From positions 58,652,001 through 58,716,000 of the forward strand of contig CM059438.1 of assembly GCA_030390025.1 (NCBI GenBank): DNA of 64,000 nt. The letters are read 5' to 3'. The position numbers and the translations under genes are program-made. Source of the stretch: Squalus acanthias. Lineage: Eukaryota. Shown in pieces: positions 1 to 12,212 of the stretch (the stretch's first letter is position 1; every line of letters starts with the position of its first letter). The notes beneath the pieces were generated by a model. The model saw nothing but the letters and a program-made list of their open reading frames with translations, did not search any database and was not told where the DNA came from.

Positions 1-527
1 GAGAGGCCCAGGGAAAGAGCTCAGAGTGCAACCCCCACAGTCTCTTCTAAATCGATGTAAGGAAGATCAAATAAAAAAGAACCTGCAAAGTGCTGCTCAG
101 TACCCAAAACTCCTCAACACAGCTTTGAATATCTCCTGCAGTCTCTCTCTCTCACTCAGAATGCGTGGTGAAAACATTTCGCAGACAAAAAAAGGCAGGA
201 AACGGTCGCCTTTAAATAGCGCTCCCCGTCCCTTCCCGACTGCAGAACGCTCCCCTCAACCTGTTGTTGCTAGTGGCAGGCGTTAAGACAGGGGGCGCCA
301 CTCAATATCCAGTCCAGGACGCTACCGGGGCGTTGCACGTTCGACTGACATCACGATCTGCGGGTGCACGAGATCGTGGCGGTAGTGTTTAGCACTGCCG
401 CAAAATGTCTAGTCAATTTCGTGAGCGACGCAAACATCGCCGCACATGGGCGCTAGATGCTTTGCGCCACATTAGCGCCGTCTTAAGGTGCTAACGTTGG
501 GGCGCAAACCAACCGAATTTTTCCCCC
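1..527 (+). mobile_element. Non-autonomous PIF/Harbinger-like TIR element (copy 1, cut by the window start)
   Basis: Colinear with 22312-23206 and, inverted, with 34311-35190; ends in TIR GAATTTTTCCCCC; many tagcgcc/tgcgcc subterminal motifs. Confidence 0.7.
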
Positions 528-528
528 T

Positions 529-1935
529 GAGTGTCTCTGCTTCCACCACTTCCATTGGCAGCGAATTCCAGGTCATCACCACTCACTGCGTAAAAAAGTT
601 TTTCCTCACATCACCCCTGTATCTCTTGCCCAAAACCTTAAATCTGTATCCCCTAGTCCTTGTACCATCAACTAGTGGGAACAGCCTTTCCCCGTCTAGC
701 CTATCCAAACCCGTCATAATCTTGTACACCTCTATCAAATCACCCCTCAACCTCCTTTGCTCTAATGAAAACAAATCCAGCTCCTCCAACCTGTCCTTGT
801 AGCTAAGATCCCCCATCCCCAGAACCATTCTGGTAAATCTCCTCTGCACCCTCTCAAGGGCCTTCACACCCTTCCTAAAGTGTGGTGACCAGAACTGGAC
901 GCAATACTCCAGTTGTGGCCTAACCAGTGCTTTATAAAGGTTCAGCATAACTTCTCTACTTTTGTACTCAATACCTCTATTTATGAAGCCCAAGATCCCA
1001 TATGCTTTGTTAACCACTCTCTCAATATGTCCTGCCACCTTCAGGGACCTATGCACATTAACTCCCAGGTCCCTCTGTCCCTGCACACTCTTCAAAACTG
1101 TGCCATTATGTGTATATTGCCTCTCCCTGTTCCTTCTGTCAAAATGCAGCACCTCACACTTCTCTGTATTAAATTTCATCTGCCACTTGTCTGCCCATTC
1201 TGCTAGCCTTTCTATGTCCTGTTGCAGTCGATTGGTATCATCATCACTGTTTGCCACACCCCCAAGTTTGGTGTCATCGGCAAATTTAGAAATTCTACTC
1301 TGTATTCCAATATCCAGGTCATTTATATATATCAAAAAAGCAGTGGCCCCACCACTGACCCTTAGGGAACATCACTGTCTACCATCCTCCAGTCTGAAAA
1401 ACAGCCATTTACCACAACTCGCTGTTTTCTGTCCTTAAGCCAATTCCTTATCCAAGCTGCCACTGACCCACCTATTCCATGAGCCTCAATTTTGTTAACC
1501 AGCCTTCTATGTGGTACTTCATCAAATGCCTTCCAAAAATCCATGTAGACAATATCCATTGCATTCCCTTAATCAATCCTCTCTGTTATTTCATCAAAAA
1601 ATTCAATTAGATTAGTCAAACACGATCTGCCTTTTACAAATCTGTGTTGGCTTTCCCTAATTAGCTAAAAGCTCTCCAAGTGCCCGTTAATTTTTTCCTT
1701 GATTATTGTTTCTAAAATTTTACCCACCACTGATATTAAACTGACCGGCCTGTAGTTACTAGGATTGTTCTTGCACCCTTTCTTAAATAATGGTGTCACA
1801 TTTGCCACTTTCCAATCCTCAGGCACCTCCCCCGCACCGAGGGAAGATTGGAAAATTATGGCAAGCCCTTCCGCTATCTCCTCTCCCAATTCCCTTAGCA
1901 ACCTTGGATGCAAGCCATCTGGACCAGGTGACTTT
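529..1935 (-). mobile_element. CR1 LINE ORF2 reverse-transcriptase fragment (disrupted)
   Basis: ORFs 583-1335, 1362-1559 and 1665-1930 with SPGPDG, YRPVSL, DFxKAFD, FADDTK, RPQLEYC, RRLRGDLIE motifs. Confidence 0.92.
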
Positions 1936-1943
1936 GAAATATA

Positions 1944-2139
1944 TCGGCGATCCTTCATCATTGCTGGGTCAAAATCCTGGAACTCCCTACCTAACAGCAC
2001 TGTGGGAGTACCTTCACCACACGGACTGCAGTGGTTCAAGAAGGCGGCTCACCACCACCTTCTCAAGGGTAATTAGGGATGGGTAATAAGTGCTGGCCTT
2101 GCTAGTGACGCCCACATCCCATAAATGAATAAAAAAAAA
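1944..2139 (+). mobile_element. 3' tail of another LINE family with A-rich end
   Basis: tggaactccct...gactgcag...aaggcggctcaccacc...aataaaaaaaa; second copy at 58314-58465. Confidence 0.65.
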
Positions 2140-3100
2140 TCAAGTGAACCTTTGTTGCACCGCCTCCAAGACAAGTACATCCTTCCTTAGATAAGGAGAC
2201 CAAAACTGTGCACAGTACTCCAGGTGTGGTCTCACCAAGGCCCTGTACAATTGTATCAAGACTTCCTTACTCTTATACTCCAACCCCCTTGCAATAAAGT
2301 CCAACATGCCATTTGCCTTCCTTATTGCTTGCTGTACCTGTATGCTAGCTTTCTGTGTTTCTTGCATGAGCACACCCAAATCTATCTGAACACCAACATT
2401 TAAAAGTTTCTCACCATTTAAAAAATATTCTGGTTTTCTATTCTTCCTACCAAAGTGAATAACCTCACATTTCCCTATATTATACTCCATCTGTCACCTT
2501 ACTGCCCACTCACTTAGTCTATCTATATCCCTTTGCAGACTCTTTGTGTTCTCCTCACAGCTTACTGTCCCACCTAGCTTTGTATCATCAGCAAACTTGA
2601 ATACATGCACTCGGTCCCTTCATCCAAGTTATTAATATAGATTGTAAATAGCTGAGACCCAAGCACTGATCCTTACGGCATCCCACTAGTTATAGCCTGC
2701 CAACCTGAAAATGACCCGTTTATTCCTACTCTCTGTTTTCTGTCCATTAACCAATCCTCTATCGATGCTACTATATTACCCCCAACCCCATGAGCCCTTA
2801 TCTTGTGTAATAACCTTTTATGTGGCAGCTTATCAAATGCCTTTTGGAAATCCAAATATACTACATCCACTGCTTCGCCGTTATCTACCCTGCTAGTTGC
2901 ATCCTCAAAAGGCTCTAATAAATTTGTCAAACACGATTTCCCTTTCATAAAACCATGTTGACTCTGCCTAATCATGTTATGATTTTCTATGTGCCCTGAC
3001 ACCACGTCCTTAACAATGGATTCCAGCATTTTCCCTACTACTGATGTCAGGCTAACTGGACTGTAGTTCCCTGTTTTCCCTCTCCCTCCTTTCTTGAATC
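2140..3100 (-). mobile_element. CR1 LINE RT fragment (disrupted)
   Basis: ORFs 2140-2490 and 2673-3029: [29 protein letters not shown]. Confidence 0.92.
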
Positions 3101-3221
3101 ACGGTGTATTGACGGACATTGTACAAATGTACAGAGTGATAGTAATAATCAAATTCACTCTGAGTTAATGTTGAGAGAGGCTTCCCTTGCTAGACCAGGC
3201 TCCCTTCCGTCACTTAAGACC

Positions 3222-4588
3222 GTTGTTAAGGTCTATTATAAAGGATGTGATAACAGGACACTTAGAAAATATCAACGGGATTAGACAGAGTCAACATGGA
3301 TTTATGAAAGGGAAATCGTGTTTGACAAACCTACTGGAGTTTTTTGAGGATGTAACTGGTAGAATAGATAAGGGAGAACCAGTGGATGTGGTGTATTTGG
3401 ATTTTCAGAAGGCCTTTGATAAAGTCCCACATAAGAGGTTAGTGTGCAAAATTAAAGCACATGGGATTGGGGGTAATATACTGGCATGGATTGAAAATTG
3501 GTTAACAGACAGGAAACAGAGAGTAGGAATAAATGGGTCTTTTCGGGGTGGCAGGCGGTGACTAGTGGGGTACCACAGGGATCAGTGCTTGGGCCCCAGC
3601 TATTCACAATATATATCAATGATTTGGAGGAGGGAGCCAAATGTAATATTTCCAATTTTGCTGACGACATAAAACTAGGTGGGATTGTGAGTTGTGAGGA
3701 GGATGCAAAGAGGCTTCAAAGCGATTTAGACAAGTTGAGTGAGTGGGTAAATACATGGCAGATGCAGTATAACGTGGATAAATGTGAAGTTATCCACTTC
3801 GGTAGGAAAAACAGAAAGGTAGAGTATTACTTAAATGGTGATAGATTGGGAAATGCTGATGTACAAAGAGACCTGGGTGTCCTTGTACAACAGTCACTGA
3901 AAGCAAACATGCAGGTGCAACAAGCAGTTAGGAAGGCAAATGGTATGTTGGCCTTCATTGCAAGAGGATTTGAGTACAGGAGCAAGGATGTCTTACTATA
4001 ATTGTACAGGGCCTTGGTGAGACCACACCTGGAGTACTGTGTGCAGTTTTGGTCTCCTTACCTAAGAAAGGATATACTTGCCATAGAGGGAGTACAGCGA
4101 AGGTTCACCAGACTGATTCCTGGGATGGCAGGACTGTCGTATGAGGAGAGATTGGGTCGACTAGGCCTGTATTCACTAGAGTTTAGAAGAATGAGAGGGG
4201 ATCTCATTGAAACGTATAAAATCTGACAGGGCTAGACAGACTGGATGCAGGGAGGATCTTTCCCCTGGCTGGGGGGTCTAGAACGAGGTGTCACAGTCTC
4301 AGGATACGGGGTAGGACATTTAGGACTGAGATGAGGACAAATTTCTTCACTCAGAGGGTGGTGAACCTGTGGAATTCTCTACCACAGAAGGCCGCGGAGG
4401 CCAAGTCACTGAATATATTTAAGAAGGAGATAGATAGATTTCTAAACACAAAAGGCATCAAGGGGTATGGGGAGAGAGCGGGAGTATGGTATTGAGATAG
4501 AGGATCAGCCATGATCATACTGAATGGCGGAGCAGGCTCAAAGGGCCAAATGGCCTACTCCTGCTCCTATTTTTCTATGGTTCTATGT
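3222..4588 (+). mobile_element. 5'-truncated CR1 LINE with 3' UTR and tail
   Basis: RT motifs in ORFs 3187-4226 ([14 protein letters not shown]); tail gaatggcggagcaggc...ttctatgtt. Confidence 0.93.
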
Positions 4589-5269
4589 TAACTGTACTGA
4601 CTGATCTATGAATTTCTTGATTTAATTTGCTCCTGTGTCCACAGGAAATTGTTGGGGGGGTGGGGGACGTGTCTTACTGACCCCTCCCTTGTTCAGTGAT
4701 TGGTCAGTGGGGCTGCCAATTAAAGTGGCACTGCCCTCTCCAGAGTCGACTTCTACCTGACAGCCCAGAGCTTACAGCACACCATGTTGGAATGGTCTGA
4801 CTGTGTTAACAGCTCATCTGTTTGTCTTGATCCGATAACAGTCTGGATGACTGGCCTATCTTTCCAAGAGACTCCTACCTTCCTTCTCCCCATCCCCTTA
4901 CTGGATCCAGCCTGTTCCTCTGTTTAAAAAAATCTCTGCTGCTACTTTGGGTGTTGCAATCTTACACCGGGAATTCCCTCCCAATCGGCTGGCATGACTT
5001 TGGTGGACGATGAGTGGGGACCCCGGACTCAATGCACTCAGCACTCTCAATTCTTCCATTCCCTCCTTTCCGTGGCTCTCTAGAAGTCAGTAGAGAACAC
5101 TTCACTGGCCCTCCTTTCTGCATTCACTCACACCTTCAAAACCTGCGACTGCCCTCACAGTAACTTCTGCCCCCTCTTGCCCTCACTCGCTGCTCCTTCC
5201 AATGGTAAGCTGGCGCATGACATGTTGAAAGTCCTTGCCCAGAAGCACATAATAACCCACTTTCACTCT

Positions 5270-6130
5270 TCTTGTAGAAGAAGCTGGCACACAACAGGAG
5301 GGAGAGAATCAGCCAGCCATCAAATACTGACACAAGTGAAAGGGGCCACAGCGACATCATTGGAAGTTGCACAGCAGTCAGCCTCAGAGATAGCGAGGCT
5401 GGAGACCTGGCTATTAGAAGAGAGAGTTGGCCTCGTCCCTTCCCATTCTTTATTTAACTCTTTCAGTCCTGCATTCACACAGTCACACACTGAGAATGAG
5501 AAGCTGGTAGTGAACTGTGCTGCTACTGATCTGCTATTGCTTACCCCTGCCACTACATCCCAACCCTTGTCCCTTTCCCTTTTTTTCTCGGTCAGTCAGA
5601 AAACTCAGTCACTGCTGTCAAACAGATTGATGAGGACAACCCAGAGGACGGTGCACCATCACTTGTTCTTACCCTGCTAGGCACCAGGACAGAAATCGGC
5701 AACCTGCATGATTTAGGTAGTGAGTTTGAGGGAACTGCACTGGGGAATTCGCCAAACACAAGAGAGCAGGAGTAGGTAGAGGTGGGAAGAAAGGTGCAGC
5801 AAAGAGCTTTACAGAGGGCTGGCTGATGTCCTAGCTCTGAAGAACAGGACGGAGATGCAGACTTCAAAGACCCAGCATTTTAAAAAAAGAGATGCTTTCT
5901 GTGCACGAGCAATTGCTAGTGCATTGGACTCCCTGTCAGCAACTTTCCACAAGGTCAGACACAATGGTGGAGTCCACTACCAACTTGTGTGAGCTTCTCA
6001 GTGACAGCCAACCATGGTGCATCTGGTCACCTCAATGGCCGTTGCAGTTGAGCCCCTCCCCACAGGAGTCTGTGACATCAGTAATTGTATCTCTCTGTGA
6101 TAGTCATACTGGGGCCTTGCAAGATCTGGG
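5270..6130 (+). pseudogene. Possible remnant of a Harbinger Myb/SANT-like ORF
   Basis: Acceptor-like ttcttgtag followed by KKLAHNRRER, resembling the (E/K)KLAHNRRER..TGGG segment of Harbinger Myb-like proteins; heavily decayed. Confidence 0.4.
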
Positions 6131-6234
6131 CTCAACCATTCCCTTCACCTAAAACTGGCCAAGAGACCGAATGGATAGGGCTTCACTCAAATCACCTATC
6201 TTCCAGACTCTGCTGATAGCCCTGTATTCCTGTC

Positions 6235-6421
6235 TGTAACTAGTCCTGTAACTCACTGACAGGCTCTGTAACTAGTCCTATAACTCACTGACAGTCCCTG
6301 TAACTAGTCCTGTAACTTACTGACAGTCTCTGTAACTAGTCCTATAACTCACTGACAGTCTCTGTAACTAGTCCTATAACTCACTGACAGTCTCTGTAAC
6401 TAGTCTTATAACTTACTGACA
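6235..6421. repeat. 32-bp minisatellite, about 6 copies
   Basis: Unit tgtaactagtcctrtaactcactgacagtctc. Confidence 0.9.
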
Positions 6422-6484
6422 CATTTAGATTTGAACAAGGTCCCCTGAGCCTGCAGGAGGCTCTTAAATCAATCAAATTTCAAA

Positions 6485-6725
6485 TTATAAAAAATGTAGA
6501 AATGCTTTTCACAACCTGAGGACATCTCAAATGCCTCACAGGAGTGAAGTATTTTTGAAAGTAGTTACTTTTGTAATGTAGGAAACGCAGCAACCAATTT
6601 TCAAGCAGCAAGATCCCACAAGCAGCAATGTGATAAATGACCAGATAATCTGTTTTCGTGATGTTGAATTGAGGGATAAATACTGGCCAGGACACTGGGG
6701 AGAACTCCCCTCCTCTTCTGCGAAT
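6485..6725 (-). mobile_element. Deu-domain (SacSINE1-like) SINE, 3' part
   Basis: Reverse complement of the 3' half of 53965-54460 (aaacagattatctggtcatt...gtgggatcttgct). Confidence 0.75.
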
Positions 6726-7374
6726 AATCTGATAATTCCATTTTTTTGCACTAACGCCACACTTCTTTTGTGTTATTTATGTTTCTTAATTCAAATTATG
6801 GGCAATTTCAACTTTTTTTAGTGCAGAGAAACGACTTTGAATAATGTGGAGTGGACTGTGTTTCAAGATATTACAATAACTGCTCTGCAGAGCGAGGTGT
6901 GTCTCCCAGTTATTCCAAGTATGCTGAGTCAGCTTTCGCTCCTATCGGAAGCTGTTTGCCAACAATCTTTCGATGGTGTACAACGCCCCTGCATGTGATT
7001 TGTGCCCCAGGTCACAAGATATAGACACATCTGTCTCATTCAAAAGAATTAATACAACAACACCCGCCCCCACCCCCCACCCCAATCCAATTTACATCTT
7101 TCAAACCCACAGTAATTAACATTCCCAAAGACAGGATTCCATCTGGGATAACCATCTGGAAGAAAGTTACAATATTTCAATTCAGAATTTGTTTCTAATT
7201 TAGCCGTGAAGTTTTAAATCCAGTTCTGTTCGGTTGGTCCCATGTTGGGACCCTGACTCGGAATAAACCCAGATTGTCCAGGATCAGGGTGGCCACCGGG
7301 TGGTGCTGTTCTGGAAGAGGCCGCCTTTTATGGACAGATTCATTCCCCACACTTCCAAGTGTCTCACAGTCATG

Positions 7375-7835
7375 GGAACAAAACGAACAGCAGGAGGACA
7401 TTCAGCCCCTTGGGCCTGCTCCGCCATTCAATGAGATCACGGCTGATCTGTAGCTCAGCTCCATTTCCCGCCTTAGCTCCATGTCCCATGATACCCGTAC
7501 CCAACAAACAGCTGTCGATCTCAGTCTTGAAAGCTCCAATTGACCCCCAGCCTTTTGGGGGAGAGAGTTTCAGATTTCCACTACCCTTTGTGTGAAAAAG
7601 TGCTTCCTGACGTCACTCCTGAAAGGCCTGGCTCCAATTTTAAGATTATGCCCCCTAGTTCTGGATTGCCCCATCAGAGGAAATAGCTTTTCTGCATCGA
7701 CCCTATCAAATCCTTTTAAAATTTTAAACACCTCGATCGGATCACCCCTCAATCTCCTCTACTCAAGGGAATACAAGCCAAGTTTATGCAACCTGTCCTC
7801 ATAATCTAACCCGCTAAGCCCCGGTATCATTCTGA
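7375..7835 (-). mobile_element. CR1 LINE 3' end
   Basis: ORF 7570-7752 RGDPIEVFKI..RTRGH..FFTQRVV plus CR1 tail. Confidence 0.88.
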
Positions 7836-7961
7836 CAGTCAGTTTAGAATTGATACCACTCCCAGTCGAATGCCATTTTCATGGAATTTTTGGGAATTAT
7901 TTGATAGTGATGATGTGAGGTAACCACCATTTCCTTTTAAAAAATAATTTTCCCCAAACAC

Positions 7962-8034
7962 TATTCCATGGTGTAATGTTGAGCACTCTGGACTCTGAAG
8001 CCAATGATCTGAGTTCAAATCTGGGTGTGAAGCT
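7962..8034 (+). pseudogene. tRNA-Gln(CTG)-derived pseudogene
   Basis: ttccatggtgtaatg..agcactctggactCTGaa..gagttcaaatct matches vertebrate tRNA-Gln; acceptor stem broken. Confidence 0.8.
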
Positions 8035-8058
8035 GTGTTGTGCTGCTCTTTAAAGTGA

Positions 8059-8129
8059 GCATTGGTGGATCAGTGGTAGACTTCCTGTCTGCTGTGTGGG
8101 AGACCTGGCTTTGATTCCCGGACAATGCA
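8059..8129 (+). pseudogene. tRNA-Gly(GCC)-derived pseudogene
   Basis: gcattggtgg.tcagtggtaga...gattcccgg.caatgca matches tRNA-Gly; anticodon arm and T-loop mutated. Confidence 0.8.
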
Positions 8130-8334
8130 GGATCTTTACAAACCCAAAATGTCTAATTGATCCTGATAAATTATTTATGTTTCCAATTACAGCAACAAGA
8201 GGCAATCGGTGTAAGAGTTGGTTAATAAAATGCAGTGGAGAGAAGTCTGAGCATTATTGGGGCCAGATGGAGCGGATTAAATAAAATAGGCTATTTGAAA
8301 CGCTGAGCAGATGTGCTGCGAGGGGAACCTTATG

Positions 8335-10305
8335 TTTTAATAGATGCTGGGAGGATGTTTCCCCTGGCTGGAGAGTCTAGAACTAGGGGGCATAGCCTCA
8401 GGATAAGGGGTCGGCCATTTAGGACTGAGATGAGGAGAAATTTCTTCACTCAGAGGGTTGCGAATCTTTGGAATTCTCTACCCCAGAGGGTTGTGGATGC
8501 TCAGTCATTGAGTATATTCAAGACAGAGATCGATAGGCTGGAGGTGGTAGATGTTCTGAGGGAAGATCTTTTAGCAATTTTGAAGAACCTGAGGGTCGAT
8601 AAGTCCCCTGGGCCAGATGGGATATATCCTAGGATTCTTTGGGAGGCAAGGGAGGAGATTGCAGAGCCTCTGGCTTTGATCTTTGGGTCCTCACTGTCCA
8701 CGGGGATGGTGCCAGAGGACTGGAGAGTGGCGAATGTTGTTCCTCTCTTCAAGAAAGGAAATAGGAATGACCCTGGTAATTATAGGCCGGTTAGTCTTAC
8801 TTCGGTGGTTGGTAAGATAATGGAAAAGGTCCTGAGGGATAGGATTTATGACCATTTGGAAAGGGGCAACTTAATCAGGGATAGTCAACACGGATTCGTG
8901 AAGGGTAAGTCTTGCCTAACAAATTTGATTGAATTCTTTGAGGAGGTAACTAAGTGTGTAGATGAAGGTAGAGCAGTTGATGTCGTATACATGGATTTTA
9001 GTAAGGCGTTTGATAAGGTTCCCCATGGTCGTCTCATGAAGAAAGTAAGGAGTTGTGGGATAGAGGGAAATTTGGCCGATTGGATAAGTAACTGGCTAAC
9101 TCATAGAAGGCAGAGGGTGGTGGTGGATGGAACATTTTCGGACTGGAGACCAGTTACCAGCGGTGTGCCACAGGGGTCGGTGCTGGGTCCTCTGCTGTTT
9201 GTGATTTTTATCAATGACTTGGAGGAGGGGACTGAAGGGTGGATCAGTAAATTTGCTGATGACACCAAGATTGGTGGAGTAGTGGATGAGGTGGAGGGCA
9301 GTTGTAGGCTGCAAAGAGACATTGATAGGATGCAGAGCTGGGCCGAAAAATGGCAGATGGAATTTAACCCTGATAAGTGCGAGGTGATTCATTTTGGTAG
9401 GGCAAATTTGAATAAGGATTACAGGGTCAACGGCAGGGTTCTGAGGAATGTGGAGGAGCAGAGGGATCTGGGGGTTCATATCCACAGATCTCTGAAGGTT
9501 GCCACTCAAGTGGATAGAGCAGTAAAGAAGGCCTATGGTGTGTTGGCGTTTATTAACAGAGGGTTTGAGTTTAAGAACCGTGAGGTTATGCTGCAACTGT
9601 ACAGGACCTTGGTGAGACCACATTTGGAATATTGTGTGCAGTTCTGGTCACCTCACTATAGGAAGGACGTAGAAGCATTGGAAAGAGTGCAAAGGAGATT
9701 TACCAGGATGCTGCCTGGTTTGGGGGGGAGGTCTTATGAGGAAAGATTGAGGGAGTTGGGGCTTTTCTCTTTAGAGCGGAGGAGGATGAGAGGCGACTTA
9801 ATAGAGGTTTATAAGATGATGAGGGGGATAGATAGAGTGGATGTTCAGAGACTATTTCCTCGGGTAGAGGCAGCAGTTACAAGGGGGCATAACTATAAGG
9901 TGCATGGGGGGAGATATAGAAGGGATGTCCGAGGTAGATTCTTTACTCAGAGAGTGGTTGGGGTGTGGAATGGACTGCCTGCTGTGATAGTGGAGTCGGA
10001 CACTTTAGGAACTTTCAAGCGGTTATTGGATAAGCACATGGAGCACACCAGAGTGATGGGGAGTGTGATAGCTTGATCTTGGTCTCGGACAATGCTCGGC
10101 ACAACATCGAGGGCCGAAGGGCCTGTACTGTGCTGTACTGTTCTATGTTCTATGATAGATTTTTGGATACTAAGGGAATCAAGGGATATGGGGATCAGGC
10201 GGGAAAGTGGATTCGAGGTCGAAGATCAGCCATGATCCTATTGAATGGCGGAGCAGGCTTGAAGGACTGTATGGCCTACTCCTGCTCCTATTTCTTATGT
10301 TCTTA
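8335..10305 (+). mobile_element. Older CR1 3' end split by a nested CR1
   Basis: 8335-8536 ([18 protein letters not shown]) resumes at 10154 (gatagatttttggatactaagg) and runs into the CR1 tail. Confidence 0.85.
8537..10153 (+). mobile_element. Young 5'-truncated CR1 with an uninterrupted RT frame
   Basis: About 510 stop-free codons to 10076 with the RT motifs; (ttctatg)n tail; GATAG at both 8532-8536 and 10154-10158. Confidence 0.93.
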
Positions 10306-10319
10306 CTATTTAGGAAAGT

Positions 10320-10745
10320 AACAACTTGTATTCAGCTCACCATCGGGACCTCTTAAAGCGGCTCACAACCAATGAATTACTTCTGAAGTGCAGTGACTTT
10401 GTTGTAAGACGACCGCGGCAGCCAATTCATACTCCCGAAGGGCCCACCAACAGCAAATGAGATAAACAACCCGTTAATCTGATTTGTAGGTGTTGGTTGA
10501 GGGATAAACGTTGGCCTCTCTGCCCTCTACTCTTTTGATAGAGCCATAGGACCTTTTATGTCCACTGAATAGGCAGTAGGGGGCCGCAGTTTAACTTCTC
10601 ATCCAATAAACAGCACCTCCAGCACTGCAGCACTCCCTCAATACTGGAGCGTCAATCCAGATTATGGGCTCAAATCCTGGAGTGGGGCTTGAACCCACCA
10701 CCTCCTAACTAGGAGGCAAGCATGCTGCCACTGAGCTAGACTGGC
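10320..10745 (-). mobile_element. Diverged tRNA-head Deu-domain SINE
   Basis: B-box reverse complement ggcttgaaccc; similar to 11885-12208 and 53965-54460. Confidence 0.7.
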
Positions 10746-10931
10746 ACTATTTGCCCTGCGGGAGGGGATGGTGGAGTGGGGGGGGGGGGGGTGCGGGGGG
10801 TGGCGGAAGGCATGCAAAGGTTCGGGTTTGAGGCCACTACATTTTACCTGACAATGATACCAAATCCCACCTGCTCAATCTGGTGTCAAATCCGCTCACG
10901 TAGGCACCACACTCTAACACAAATATATAAT

Positions 10932-11634
10932 GGGCTGTATATTCCGATGCCTACGGGTGTGTACGAGCTGTGTACACACCCGTAGGGACATCGGAAATGC
11001 CGGTTTCAGGCTTGTGTTGAAAACCGGCATTTCCGATCTGTCAAGAATGCTCTTGATAGATCAGACACCTGCCCTAGAGAAGGGCCTCCACGGGCAGAGA
11101 GTTCCGCTTTCTGCAGAACTTCCGCCCGCAGAAAACCCTTAGAATTATTATGCCTGGTAAAAGCAGGCATAAGGCCTGCTTTTACCAGGATAAGAGTTGT
11201 AAAAAGTTTTGAAATTTTTTTTTCACTCATTTAAAAAAGGTAAGTTTATTTTTAGCCCCGTAAAAAACTTTAATTATTTTTTCAAAAAATTACATTTTTG
11301 TTTAAAATATTTAATTTATTGTAATTTCAACTAATTTTAAAAAGGTGATGGTTTTTTTTTAAATTTATTTAATGTTTTAAAGTGTTTTTGGGGTGATCTC
11401 CATTCATATATTTGACAGATCTATCTGTCAAGTGTATGAAGGGAGATTCCCTTCTTCTATTGGCTCCCCATGGCCCACGTGATCCCCGGGACGCTTGCGA
11501 ACTGCCTGCGCCTCTGGGATACGTGGGCCCTGCACACTTGGAGTTTGGAGAGGCCCAGGAGCGGAAGTATAGGCGCCTCGGGAAAGTTCGTAGATTTTTC
11601 CAGATCGGAGGCCTCCAATTGGAAAATACGGCCC
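10932..11634. mobile_element. MITE with internal hairpins
   Basis: TIRs GGGCTGTATATTCC / GGAAAATACGGCCC; AT-rich centre; internal inverted repeats. Confidence 0.7.
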
Positions 11635-11884
11635 ATTAACTCACTTGAAATTTCCAAAGATTCTGTGAAATGCTTTTCATAGCATTTCTTATTTTAGTTG
11701 CAATACCATTGCATATTTTTCAAAGCTTGACCAACAGGTCAGAATGAAAGTCCAGGGGCTGGAGAAGCGACTTTTTATCGCAGTTTGAAGACAGCCTTAA
11801 ATTCCTTCTGAGCAGCAAACCTACATCTGCTATTCTTCTCCACTGTGCCAAACAAAATTCATTCTGTGCCATTCTTAAAGATAG

Positions 11885-12208
11885 AAGAAAGACTTGCGTC
11901 TTTTCACAACCAAAGCGCTTTACAGCCAATTAAATACTTTTGAAGTGTAGTCACTGTTGTAATGTAGGAAACATGGCAGCTAATTTGCGCACAGCAAGCT
12001 CCCACAAACAGCACTGTGATAATGACCAGATAACCTGCTTTTTAGTGGACACCTGGGAGAACTCCCCAGCTTTTCTTCAAAGCTCTCCCTCATAACTGCA
12101 CTGGAGTGTCAGCCTAGATTTTCTGCTCAAGTCTCTGGAGTGGGACTTGAACCCACAACCTTCTGACTCAGTGGCGAGAGTGCTACCCACTGAGCTACGG
12201 CTGACACA
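11885..12208 (-). mobile_element. tRNA-head Deu-domain SINE, internally deleted
   Basis: Reverse complement of tgtcagccgtggctcagtgggtagc...gggttcaagtcccac head seen at 52078. Confidence 0.85.
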
Positions 12209-12212
12209 TTAT

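Noticed and set aside
8313-10076. 587-aa ORF as a host gene or autonomous LINE
   Set aside because: Chimera of two nested CR1 pieces; no endonuclease or ORF1; GTG start
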